Shown here: piece after piece, positions 55,757-64,000 of the stretch
Layout of the letters: the number at the start of each line of letters is the position of its first letter
How positions within the stretch are numbered: position 1 is the first letter of the stretch
NCBI GenBank assembly: GCA_036803685.1
Contig: DAIRTX010000006.1
Location: 3,797 to 67,796 of the forward strand
Origin: Verrucomicrobiota bacterium
GTDB taxonomy: Bacteria > Verrucomicrobiota > Verrucomicrobiia > Limisphaerales > UBA11358
Direction of reading: 5' to 3'
DNA length: 64,000 nt
Made by a program: the position numbers and the translations under genes
The notes under the pieces: generated by a model
Told to the model about the DNA's origin: nothing
Database searches by the model: none
The model's input: the letters and a program-made list of their open reading frames with translations, nothing else

Positions 55757-56095
55757 TCAGGCCGCCAGCACCAAAACCGGGTTTGCACGCCGCACGGATT
55801 GCTGCTGCCGGTCCCAAGCGATGACCGCCTGGACCTTCTCCGTGGCGAGCGTCGGGAAGACGAGGTGGGGATACCTCGTCTGCCGGGCCGCCGCCTCGGC
55901 TTCATTCAAGGCCAGCCGGAGCAGGCGTTCCTGCGATTGGAGCGCGTGGGATGATTCGGCGAAGATCGCCTCTTTGACCCTTGCAACCTGCGCGAGAATC
56001 TTCTGGCACGAGGCCAGGCAGGCGCCTTTGAAAGTGGTTCCGGCTTCCGCGTTCCCGCGGTTCCGGTTCGTATCATTCAGTTTCATATTCTGCAT
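55757..56095 (-). CDS. Small helical hypothetical protein
   Basis: 112 aa, co-oriented in the operon, CLASC motif, LALNEAEA..YPHLVFP segment. Confidence 0.65.
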   Translation of the reverse strand: MQNMKLNDTNRNRGNAEAGTTFKGACLASCQKILAQVARVKEAIFAESSHALQSQERLLRLALNEAEAAARQTRYPHLVFPTLATEKVQAVIAWDRQQQSVRRANPVLVLAA

Positions 56096-56105
56096 CTTTC
56101 ACTTT

Positions 56106-56128
56106 TATGTAACATTTATAGTTACATA
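56106..56128. promoter_or_regulatory. Putative Rrf2 operator 1
   Basis: Perfect inverted repeat TATGTAAC-N7-GTTACATA, just downstream of minus-strand TTGACG-N16-TAATAT. Confidence 0.7.
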
Positions 56129-56149
56129 TTAATCCAAAAAAAGAGAACG

Positions 56150-56596
56150 TCAATCAACTTTTTCCCGACCGCAGTTGCCCGAGGCTTTCACCGCGCCGAT
56201 CACAGTGGCCAGGGTGGTCTTCTCCAGGTCCCGTTCCAGGGCGGCTTCTGCCGACGCAAAAACCTTGTCCAATGTCGCCCGGATGCAATGGCCCACCGGG
56301 CACGCCGCGTTGGGTTTTCGCGAAGGCGTGGCAAAAGGTTCAACATCCTCGACTGCCCGATAAACTTGGGCCAGATTGATATGCCCGGGCGAACGGCTCA
56401 AACGGGAACCCGACCCGGCCCCTTTGCCGGTCTCCACCAGTTTGGCCCGTTGCAAGGCCAGCAGGAGCCGCCGGACAATGACCGGGTTGGTGTTGACGCT
56501 GGCCGCCAGCAAGACCGACGTGACCCGGTCGCCCTCCTTGTAAGCGAGGACGGCCAGCACGTGAACCGCCATGGCAAAGCGACAACTGGTTCTCAT
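56150..56596 (-). CDS. Rrf2-family transcriptional regulator (YwnA/SaiR/HypR-like)
   Basis: FAMAVHVL, LAASVNTNPVIVRRLL, G.GSG.RL.R....I.L..VY.AV, CPVG motif. Confidence 0.92.
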   Translation of the reverse strand: MRTSCRFAMAVHVLAVLAYKEGDRVTSVLLAASVNTNPVIVRRLLLALQRAKLVETGKGAGSGSRLSRSPGHINLAQVYRAVEDVEPFATPSRKPNAACPVGHCIRATLDKVFASAEAALERDLEKTTLATVIGAVKASGNCGREKVD

Positions 56597-56608
56597 AACC
56601 TGCAAATT

Positions 56609-56629
56609 AAGTAACTTCAGTGATTACAT
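56609..56629. promoter_or_regulatory. Putative Rrf2 operator 2 (autoregulatory)
   Basis: AAGTAAC-N7-ATTACAT, adjacent to minus-strand TTGACA (56631-56636). Confidence 0.6.
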
Positions 56630-56732
56630 TTGTCAACTGGAAATTGAAAGGGAAAGGGATTCGCGTCACGCACCCTGGAGTTGATGCTGAAAATCCGGCT
56701 CTTCCCGCCCCAGTCAGGCCGGGGAGTTGAAT

Positions 56733-57803
56733 TCAGTTCCCGGCTTTCCGGTGCATGGCCTGTTTGAAAAACTCGCCGGACCCGGTGAGATCATAATCCC
56801 ATGAGGCCAACAGGCTCGGTCCCCACTCGGGATCAAAACACCAGACCATCCAACTGATCCCCTTCCCTTCCAGATAATTGATGATGAGATTTCCGTAATC
56901 GTCATCCTTCAGTGCGGTTCCCTTGGGCACGGTAAAACCAAACTCGGTCGCGATGACCGGGTAACGGCCGGCGGCGAACCCAAAATCCTCCTCCCACTTC
57001 GGTTCCCAGGGCTTCGACCGCTTGTTCGCATAGGGATGCGTCACATATCCGACGCCTTCCGCTTCGAGGGGCTCGAGGTTGAGCGGAGTCAGGTCGTACG
57101 CCCAATCGAGACCGGCCACGAGGGGAATCTTTTCGGTGTCAAACGCCCGAATCAGCCGGATCATGTCCTCGTTCAACTTTTTCCATTCACTCCACGACAT
57201 GCTGCCCAACTGGCCCCGGTAGAGGGTCGGTTCATTGAACAGTTCATAAAAGGCAATGGTGTGGGTCCCCTTGAAATGTTGCGCCATCGTCCGCCAGAAT
57301 TCGAACGTCTCCGGTTGCGTGGTGTCGTACATGGGGTCCTGGAACAGCTCCATCTGCAAGTTGCCGATGCTGTGCCAGTCGATTATGATGCGCAGGTTCA
57401 GTTCCGTGCACCAATCCACCGCCTGGTCGAGCAGTTTGAGATACTCGCGCGGCGTGCGCTCGCGCCAGGCCGCCGGATGAACCGGGATGCGGACGAGGGT
57501 GGCGCCCATTTCCTTCACCTTCTCAAAATGGTTTTTGTTCCAGTGTCCCTGGTGTTCGAGCTTGTCGGGATCGGAAATTGACAGGCCCCGGAACAGGACG
57601 GCTTTGCCGTCCGGATCGACAAATTTGTTCCCTTGCACCCGGATCAGGGGAAGTTGGTTCGTCTGGGAACTGGTGAAAGGCGGGCCGAAGGGCCGGTCCT
57701 GCCACCAGCGATGGTAGTCATTGGTCCGGGCGGTTGGCTGGGCGTTGGCGTGTTGGAGACAGAGCAAGACTGTGCCGAGAATGGTAAAGACGGTTTTTTT
57801 CAT
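56733..57803 (-). CDS. GH5 endoglucanase/cellulase-family hydrolase
   Basis: Signal peptide; VRIPVHP, IIDWHSIG, YELFNEP (acid/base), IATEFG (nucleophile). Confidence 0.9.
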   Translation of the reverse strand: MKKTVFTILGTVLLCLQHANAQPTARTNDYHRWWQDRPFGPPFTSSQTNQLPLIRVQGNKFVDPDGKAVLFRGLSISDPDKLEHQGHWNKNHFEKVKEMGATLVRIPVHPAAWRERTPREYLKLLDQAVDWCTELNLRIIIDWHSIGNLQMELFQDPMYDTTQPETFEFWRTMAQHFKGTHTIAFYELFNEPTLYRGQLGSMSWSEWKKLNEDMIRLIRAFDTEKIPLVAGLDWAYDLTPLNLEPLEAEGVGYVTHPYANKRSKPWEPKWEEDFGFAAGRYPVIATEFGFTVPKGTALKDDDYGNLIINYLEGKGISWMVWCFDPEWGPSLLASWDYDLTGSGEFFKQAMHRKAGN

Positions 57804-58192
57804 TTTTTGCCACCCAGTCAATACCGCCATCGCCGTCCGCTTGGCAAGCACGGGATGAATTGACCCCTTTCTCCCCTGCCCGGTTTAATTTTGCCGGAAC
57901 GTCCCAGCCAGCCGGGACCGCCGCGCAAGGATTGATGTCGCTCAAGGCTTGTCCCGCCGGCTTTTTTCTCTGAAATTCGATGCGGCTTTCAGCCGCCGTC
58001 CCGTGTTCTTCGGGATTCAGCGTTCGGTGTCCCGCCTTCAGGCGGCCCATTCGACGTTGGATGTTGCAGCGGTCACTGCCTGCGACACTTTGATGCTTCG
58101 ATGCCGGTTTTGAACGATTTCAACAACTACGGCCTTTCCGCAAAGAAAGGCCGTAGTCACCGGAACACAAATATAATCTTAGTCTTGGATCA

Positions 58193-59638
58193 TCAAGGAT
58201 TAGACAAGCGGAAGAACACCGCCGGATTGGCCGGGTTTATCGCGATAGTAAACGGACTGTTCGTGCCGCTGCCTGTTGGGAGCCATGAGTGGGAGAGATT
58301 GGTTATAACACCCGCACTGTTCGTCAGAGCCAGAACGCTATAACCCGGGAAAGTGGTGCTGTCCCAAGACAAGGTCAGCAGCCCGCCGCTTTGGGACAAA
58401 GTAATGATTGGGGAACCAGCGCCACCGTTGGCAACGGCAATTGATCCACTCGAAAGCAGATTATCAACCCAGATGAGGCCGGGAGAAAGGCTCGGAAAAC
58501 TAGTGGAAGCGAACGCGCCGCCATAATTCGTAGCACTAAAAAATTTATAGCTGTTGCCCAACACCGGCGCAGGACCAGAGTTGATAACATTCAATATTCC
58601 GCTATAGAATAACCAATTCGTCCCGGCCTTGAGAACAATCTGGTTGGTTTTGGCAAGGTCGAATACCAGTGTTCCATGTAGTGTCGGCGTGTTGGTGGTG
58701 AGGGTTATCGTGGTGCCGATGGTATAGGTTCCATTGACCGTTATGGTCGGGATCGTCAGCGAATTGCTGCCGGTGATGATGCCCGTGCCGTCAAAAGAGA
58801 TGCTGCCATATCCCGCGCCAAATATAGATCCATTATTTGTAAGACTCCCGCCGATACCCCACGTCGTTACGTCTGACACATACCAACCATTCGTATAGAC
58901 GCCGCCAGACCAAGTCTTTACACTGGTGCTGGGGCCGGCGACGATTACGTTGCCGTCAATGTGGTTGGTACCCAGCGCGCTGTTCAAGTCCTCCAGCAAA
59001 CCATAAACATAAACGTTACCCCCCACTGTTAAAACGTCCCCAGAGCAATCCCAGGCGCAGCCTGAGCCAATGATCAGATTGCCATTGATGGTAATCGGCG
59101 CTCCTCCGTTTCCTTGTTGAACTTTGACAGCTCCCATCAAAGTCATGTTGCCGGCAATAGTCATGGGCGTAGGCCCAGCGGCACTGGAGAAGTTGTTAAA
59201 GTCTGCCCATGGGGAGCCATACGGCGCTAATGGGTTAACATAATTGGTTTGGACAAACACGAGATTGTAATAATTGCATTGCTTGGCACCGAAAGGGTTG
59301 GCTGAATAAATGACGGTGTTGTCGGGGGCCGTGGTAACTAAGGTTGTATGCGTATCAATCGCTGCATCTTCGGTCAAGTTTAGAGAGGAATTTGCCGCCA
59401 TGGTTACCGTTCCAGAGTCGTAAATAAATTGAACCGTCACATTTGTATCCACAGTAACGTTGATGCCAAACGGGACATCCACATCGTCGGTTGCTCCCGG
59501 CACGGTTCCGCTGTCCCAAATAGTAACGTCGGACCAGTTACCGCTGTTGGTAGCAGTGATATCTGCCGCGCGGCTCATCGAAGCGAAAAGCACGATGGAC
59601 AGGATGGTTAAAATCGCAAAGATTTGTTTTGTTTTCAT
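58193..59638 (-). CDS. Secreted G8/beta-helix-like protein with C-terminal FFRL domain
   Basis: Signal peptide MKTKQIFAIL; SGNWSD..IWDSGTVPGATDDV start; autotransporter-passenger-like tail; ends PAVFFRLSNP. Confidence 0.7.
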   Translation of the reverse strand: MKTKQIFAILTILSIVLFASMSRAADITATNSGNWSDVTIWDSGTVPGATDDVDVPFGINVTVDTNVTVQFIYDSGTVTMAANSSLNLTEDAAIDTHTTLVTTAPDNTVIYSANPFGAKQCNYYNLVFVQTNYVNPLAPYGSPWADFNNFSSAAGPTPMTIAGNMTLMGAVKVQQGNGGAPITINGNLIIGSGCAWDCSGDVLTVGGNVYVYGLLEDLNSALGTNHIDGNVIVAGPSTSVKTWSGGVYTNGWYVSDVTTWGIGGSLTNNGSIFGAGYGSISFDGTGIITGSNSLTIPTITVNGTYTIGTTITLTTNTPTLHGTLVFDLAKTNQIVLKAGTNWLFYSGILNVINSGPAPVLGNSYKFFSATNYGGAFASTSFPSLSPGLIWVDNLLSSGSIAVANGGAGSPIITLSQSGGLLTLSWDSTTFPGYSVLALTNSAGVITNLSHSWLPTGSGTNSPFTIAINPANPAVFFRLSNP

Positions 59639-59944
59639 TGGTTGGGTTGGTTGGGTTTGTCTGGTTGAAATTATTGAATTGAGCAATGGAAATGGGGAGC
59701 AAGTGGAATTAGGCATCAGACGGAATCAAATTATTAAATGTTGTTGCAGTGTTTGATTATAGGCATTGATGTAAAAACCAAGCGGTCAATCCCTGATAAA
59801 TTTGTTTTACGCTGTGTCGCGATAATTTTGTCACTTTAACCGGCAACTAGCAAGCAACGCAACTGACCTTGCCGCTCCATTTCAAGTCCCGGTTGATTTA
59901 CGGATGTGAACATGCATGAATTTACTCTGATTTACCGGTCCAGA

Positions 59945-59974
59945 GTAGTCGCATGAAATGGTGACAGGGCAAAA
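59945..59974 (-). promoter_or_regulatory. 30-bp conserved upstream motif, copy 1
   Basis: Sense strand TTTTGCCCTGTCACCATTTCATGCGACTAC. Confidence 0.7.
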
Positions 59975-60137
59975 ACAGGTGTTTCCCTGCCGACAGGCAT
60001 CCTGACGAGGACGCTTGGTTCCGGCATCAGTTGCTCGTTGAGCTGGCCGACTTCCAGCGGGACCTGGAAAATCGGAGATTGCCTCTTGGCTGCCGCGTAT
60101 GAACACTTCAGATCTCCTGCGGAAGAATATAATAAAC

Positions 60138-60163
60138 AAAAAAGCCGCCCCGAAAGGCGGCTT
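60138..60163 (-). terminator. Rho-independent terminator of the PEP-CTERM gene
   Basis: AAGCCGCC-N6-GGCGGCTT stem with a minus-strand T run. Confidence 0.65.
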
Positions 60164-60192
60164 GAAAAACCAATTGGAAACTTTTCCGTTGT

Positions 60193-60825
60193 TTATTTAC
60201 GACGACGGAAGGCCAGAAGGCCAGCGGCACCCAAGCCAACCAACGCCAGCGTAGCCGGTTCAGGGACAGGCGACAGGACGAGACTGTTAAACGTAATATC
60301 ATAATTCCCCGAAACATTAGCTGGATCTATTTGAAAGTTCATGCCGTTTATTATAGCGCCAGCTGCAACATTGGCTTGATTAGGGGCTTGAAGAGCGAAG
60401 GTATAACTATTTAAACCTGGGGTCGGAACGACATACCCAGTTCCATAGTAATCTACACCGCCCAGGCTATCACCAAGTGCAAACAAAACATTTACCCCAC
60501 CAACTGCAATACCGGAGTTCCAAGTAAAGTCAAACGTGACCTGTGTATCGAGGAGGTTGAGTAGTGTCTGGTCGCCCAAAGGAATGGGGTAATACATTTG
60601 GCTAAACGAGCCGGTGCCGCCGGGTGCATTAAACTCCAAGCCGGTTGCGGTTGACGTAATCGTCGCAAGAGGAGTGGCCCATAAGCCGCCATATGACGGG
60701 CCAACAGCAGGAATATTTGACAAATAGGGGGTACCGGTGATGGGTTGCGCCTGCGCCGAGTTGACCATGACCAGACCACTTGCCACTGCAAGCACGGCCG
60801 CAAACCATTTTGAATGTTGTTTCAT
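60193..60825 (-). CDS. PEP-CTERM sorting domain protein
   Basis: Signal peptide; ends VPEPATLALVGLGAAGLLAFRRRK. Confidence 0.95.
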   Translation of the reverse strand: MKQHSKWFAAVLAVASGLVMVNSAQAQPITGTPYLSNIPAVGPSYGGLWATPLATITSTATGLEFNAPGGTGSFSQMYYPIPLGDQTLLNLLDTQVTFDFTWNSGIAVGGVNVLFALGDSLGGVDYYGTGYVVPTPGLNSYTFALQAPNQANVAAGAIINGMNFQIDPANVSGNYDITFNSLVLSPVPEPATLALVGLGAAGLLAFRRRK

Positions 60826-61022
60826 AAGTTTATTTTTTTGATTTTATTGATTTTATTGATGTTTAAGGTTCCGCCGATGAAAATCAAGGTCTGACGAACA
60901 TTCCGACTTGGCACCCGAGATCTTTCCCAAGCGCAAACATATCTGATGAGCTTCTGAACAAGTTTTTCATTGGTCGTTTCAATGGGTTTCGCAATGACTT
61001 TAGCGCTGATGAACCTTTCACG

Positions 61023-61052
61023 GTAGTCGCATGAAGTGGTGACATGGCAAAT
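61023..61052 (-). promoter_or_regulatory. 30-bp conserved upstream motif, copy 2
   Basis: Sense strand ATTTGCCATGTCACCACTTCATGCGACTAC. Confidence 0.7.
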
Positions 61053-61159
61053 TGGACGTAATTTCACGTAATTCACGTGATTCCGGTGTGGCGGATGGGT
61101 GAATCGCCTCCGACATCGCATTCTTTTCTTGGAAGCCGGGAACATTGATTGGGAGACGT

Positions 61160-61172
61160 GGGGGGGGGGGGG
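61160..61172. repeat. G13 homopolymer in the divergent intergenic region
   Basis: 13 consecutive G. Confidence 0.8.
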
Positions 61173-61346
61173 ATTTCGTTCGCGCAAAAGAAGACCGGCT
61201 CGATTGCCATCATGCGATTCGACAAAGGAACTGCCGCCGTGCTGCGCCCGCTGCCTGCTTTCGGCCTGCTGTTTCCCTATCTTTGTTCATTTTCTCCATG
61301 TTTAGACGATAGCGAATTGCTTTGTTTTCGCAAGGATTGCAGGCCA

Positions 61347-61376
61347 TTTTGGCCTGTCACCGTTTCATGCGACTAT
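61347..61376 (+). promoter_or_regulatory. 30-bp conserved upstream motif, copy 3
   Basis: Sense strand TTTTGGCCTGTCACCGTTTCATGCGACTAT. Confidence 0.7.
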
Positions 61377-61492
61377 TGAGGTTTGGAACAAAGATGTTAA
61401 GTTAAAAGAGTCACCAGTTCCTATGTGCGCAGGCGTCGGATTTGGGCGCCGAAGAGCCATCAACTGGAAATGACATTGCAAAGAGAAATATT

Positions 61493-62476
61493 ATGAATAT
61501 TCTTAAAATGACGGCCGGGGTGGAACAGCTTGAAAGAGAAGAGTTGCCCAGCCAGCCCTTGGAGTTTCCCCAAAGCGGCGTCAAAGCCCGATCTTTGAAA
61601 TCGGCTTTTACTTTGATCGAATTGCTGGTCGTCATTGCGATTATTGCCATTCTGGCGGCCCTGTTGCTTCCGGCTTTGAGCAAAGCAAAGGACCGCGCGT
61701 TGGCGATAGCCTGTTTGAGCAACACCAAACAAATCGGCCTTGGTTTTACCATGTATGCGGGTGATAACGGAGATTATTTTCCGGCGCCACCGCTATGGCG
61801 GACGGATGGTGCGACTTACAAAAATTCACATGGAAAGCTCGCTGGAACAGAATGGTTTTATGGCACTAGTTCAAGCACTTGGGTTCCAAATTCACCGGCT
61901 CCCATGATGGTGAATTATCTACAAAACAACCTGGTTTGGGTATGCCCCAAACGGCACCGAGGGCTGACTTATCCTAATGAACCCGGGGATTGGGATCCGA
62001 GCATAACTGGTTTTCTTTCCTATGGATTCAATGACCTTGGTGTTTTTGGTGCCGTAGATGCCAGCAGTGGTGCTATGCAGAATGCTAAACGATTCAAAGC
62101 CTCTTCAGTTTTGAGAGCATCAGACTTGGTAGCTCTTACTGATACCAGCGGCTCAATTAGCCCCGTCACCTCGGCATCTGCTGCCGCCTGGTTGGATTCT
62201 GTATGGTCGGGAATGTCTGGTTCTGGACAGCCGATAGCAAACGGCTACAACGACCGCCTTCAGACCGCTTACGCGAAACATAATAATCGTGTGAATGTCG
62301 TTTATGTGGATAATCATGCCGCACCCTCGTTACCAAGTGCTCTCACTTGGGGACAGTTTTATGGTGTTTTTGGCAAAGCCACTCTCCCAACTTCTTACTC
62401 CACTACAGTGCAAGCAGACGATTCTATCAGCAGTCCGGATCGTGATAGCCAGGAATGGTCCAGCGCGCCGGAATAA
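61493..62476 (+). CDS. Prepilin N-methylation protein of the DUF1559/H-X9-DG type
   Basis: KSA|[40 protein letters not shown]; C-terminal H-X9-DN ([13 protein letters not shown]). Confidence 0.88.
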   Translation: MNILKMTAGVEQLEREELPSQPLEFPQSGVKARSLKSAFTLIELLVVIAIIAILAALLLPALSKAKDRALAIACLSNTKQIGLGFTMYAGDNGDYFPAPPLWRTDGATYKNSHGKLAGTEWFYGTSSSTWVPNSPAPMMVNYLQNNLVWVCPKRHRGLTYPNEPGDWDPSITGFLSYGFNDLGVFGAVDASSGAMQNAKRFKASSVLRASDLVALTDTSGSISPVTSASAAAWLDSVWSGMSGSGQPIANGYNDRLQTAYAKHNNRVNVVYVDNHAAPSLPSALTWGQFYGVFGKATLPTSYSTTVQADDSISSPDRDSQEWSSAPE

Positions 62477-62608
62477 CGCTGTGGCGTTTGCCGCAAATAT
62501 GCCACACCAAACCATTTATTGGAGCCGGCTCAGTGTTTACGCCTGCCCGTCAATGCGGCGACTGTCGAATTGGGAACTTATATAACCCATAACCAGGGTG
62601 TTCACTTT

Positions 62609-64000
62609 ATGAAAAATCGTTTCTCCCATCTCGTTGCTGTTGTTGTTGTTGCGCTCTCTTTTTCGATTGGCGTCCCCTGGCTGTCAGCAGCCCCGGCTGG
62701 GGAAAAGGCGCAAATCGAGAAAGTTGTTACTTCGCCCAATGATAAAATTTCACTGGTTTTTAGCCTGACCGACGGAATGCCCTCCTATGCGGTGAACTTC
62801 AAGGAACGGCCCGTTATTCTTTCCTCGGCGCTCGGGTTCGAGCTGAAGGGCGGTGCGATGAAGACGGGTTTCACGTTGCTCGATGCCCAGAGGTCGTCCA
62901 AGGATGAAACCTGGACCCAGCCCTGGGGTGAACAACGAGAGGTGCGCAACCACTATAATGAACTGGCGGTCACCTTGCAGCAGGCAGGCGATCAGGGGCG
63001 TAAATTGCGGGTTATATTTCGCGCGTTTGATGACGCCATCGCCTTCCGTTACGAATGGCCGGAACAGGCTGCGCTCAAGAATTTCGACATCATGGATGAA
63101 CTGACGGAATTCGTCTTTCCTGCCGATCCCATGGCCTTGTGGCAGCCGACCTTTCGCCCGCAACATACCGAACAACTTTATGCCAAAACCCGGTTGAGCG
63201 AGTTGCTGCGGCAGACGCGACTTGAACACGGCGATGCAGTCGCGGGTGATAACCCGAAAAGGGACCCCGTGAAGGCGGTGACCACCCCGCTGATCATGCA
63301 GACCGACGATGGTGTGTTTCTGGTCATCCATGAGGCCGACCTGACTGACTACGCAGCCATGGAACTTCAACCCAGGGATAACAACACATTGAAATGCTAT
63401 CTGGCACCGTGGTCGGACGGAGTCAGAGTCAAAGCCTCCGCGCCCTCGGCTTCTCCCTGGCGGTTCGTGATGATCAGCGACAAGCTGTCGGACATCGTCG
63501 AAGCGACGTCGGCGACCGCCCTCAATCTTAATCCTCCTTCGCGCATTGCCGACACTTCGTGGATCAAACCAGGCAAGTATGTGGGTATCTGGTGGGGGAT
63601 GCACTTGGGCAAATATACCTGGCATCCGAGCAAGCCGGGGCAGGACAGTTCCGATGGCCTTGGCGCCACGACCAAAAACACCCGTGAATACATTGATTTC
63701 GCCGGCAAATATGGTTTCAGCGGAGTTTTGGTGGAAGGTTGGAATAAAGGTTGGGCCAAGGATTGGGTCGCGCATGCAGCAGAATTCAACTTTACCGAGC
63801 CGACCCCGGCGTTTGATCTGCCGGGGCTTGCCGCCTACGCCCATGAAAAAGGGGTGGACCTCATTTCCCATCACGAAACCGGATCGGTCATCACCAATTA
63901 CGAGGCGCAGGTGGAAGCCGCTTTTGCCCAGTGCGAGCGCTTGGGCATTCACCATGTAAAATCCGGCTACGTCGGCATGGAGCCCCGCGTAAACCGCTAT
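62609..64000 (+). CDS. GH97 alpha-glucosidase/galactosidase (runs off the window end)
   Basis: Translated by hand from ATG 62609: signal peptide, TWTQPWGEQREVRNHYNEL, SWIKPGKYVGIWWGMH, YIDFA..VLVEGWNKGW, HHET. Confidence 0.88.
   Translation, partial: MKNRFSHLVAVVVVALSFSIGVPWLSAAPAGEKAQIEKVVTSPNDKISLVFSLTDGMPSYAVNFKERPVILSSALGFELKGGAMKTGFTLLDAQRSSKDETWTQPWGEQREVRNHYNELAVTLQQAGDQGRKLRVIFRAFDDAIAFRYEWPEQAALKNFDIMDELTEFVFPADPMALWQPTFRPQHTEQLYAKTRLSELLRQTRLEHGDAVAGDNPKRDPVKAVTTPLIMQTDDGVFLVIHEADLTDYAAMELQPRDNNTLKCYLAPWSDGVRVKASAPSASPWRFVMISDKLSDIVEATSATALNLNPPSRIADTSWIKPGKYVGIWWGMHLGKYTWHPSKPGQDSSDGLGATTKNTREYIDFAGKYGFSGVLVEGWNKGWAKDWVAHAAEFNFTEPTPAFDLPGLAAYAHEKGVDLISHHETGSVITNYEAQVEAAFAQCERLGIHHVKSGYVGMEPRVNRY

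Noticed and set aside
59720-60130. Riboswitch or ncRNA in the long leader
   Set aside because: No recognisable conserved riboswitch core by eye; an Rfam search would be needed.

Overview
GC-rich bacterial DNA, most consistent with Verrucomicrobiota subdivision 3 (Pedosphaera/Limisphaera-like). This is inferred from the pseudopilin cassette, the PEP-CTERM protein, the prepilin/H-X9-DG-type protein and RCC1-repeat exoproteins with a shared C-terminal FYR domain. Four blocks: (1) 0.1-6.7 kb: decayed DUF2059 gene, a P-loop-less YchF paralogue coupled to uvrA, and an RCC1-repeat exoprotein. (2) 7.4-34.2 kb, minus strand: a type IV pilus/T2SS-like cluster (pilB-pilT-pilB-pilC, BrnT/CopG-like pair, six pilin-like genes in G-G-H-I-J-K order) followed by a 3516-aa subtilase. 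(3) 34.3-54.0 kb: a plant-polysaccharide/rhamnose locus (GH2, GH3, GH95, DUF2264, xylulokinase, unclassified six-hairpin GH, truncated CE8, rhaA-rhaT-rhaM), interrupted by a PaaX gene between two identical 34-bp perfect palindromes. (4) To the right of a tRNA-Arg 3' half at 54.0 kb (likely att site): an Rrf2-hypothetical-thioredoxin-sigma70 module whose three downstream proteins all end in ssrA-tag-like C-termini, then GH5, a secreted protein, PEP-CTERM, prepilin and GH97, with three copies of a 30-bp upstream motif. REP/MITE and heptamer repeats are abundant and often lie in frame within genes, especially in pilin leader peptides. All family assignments are by eye from motifs; no database searches were run.
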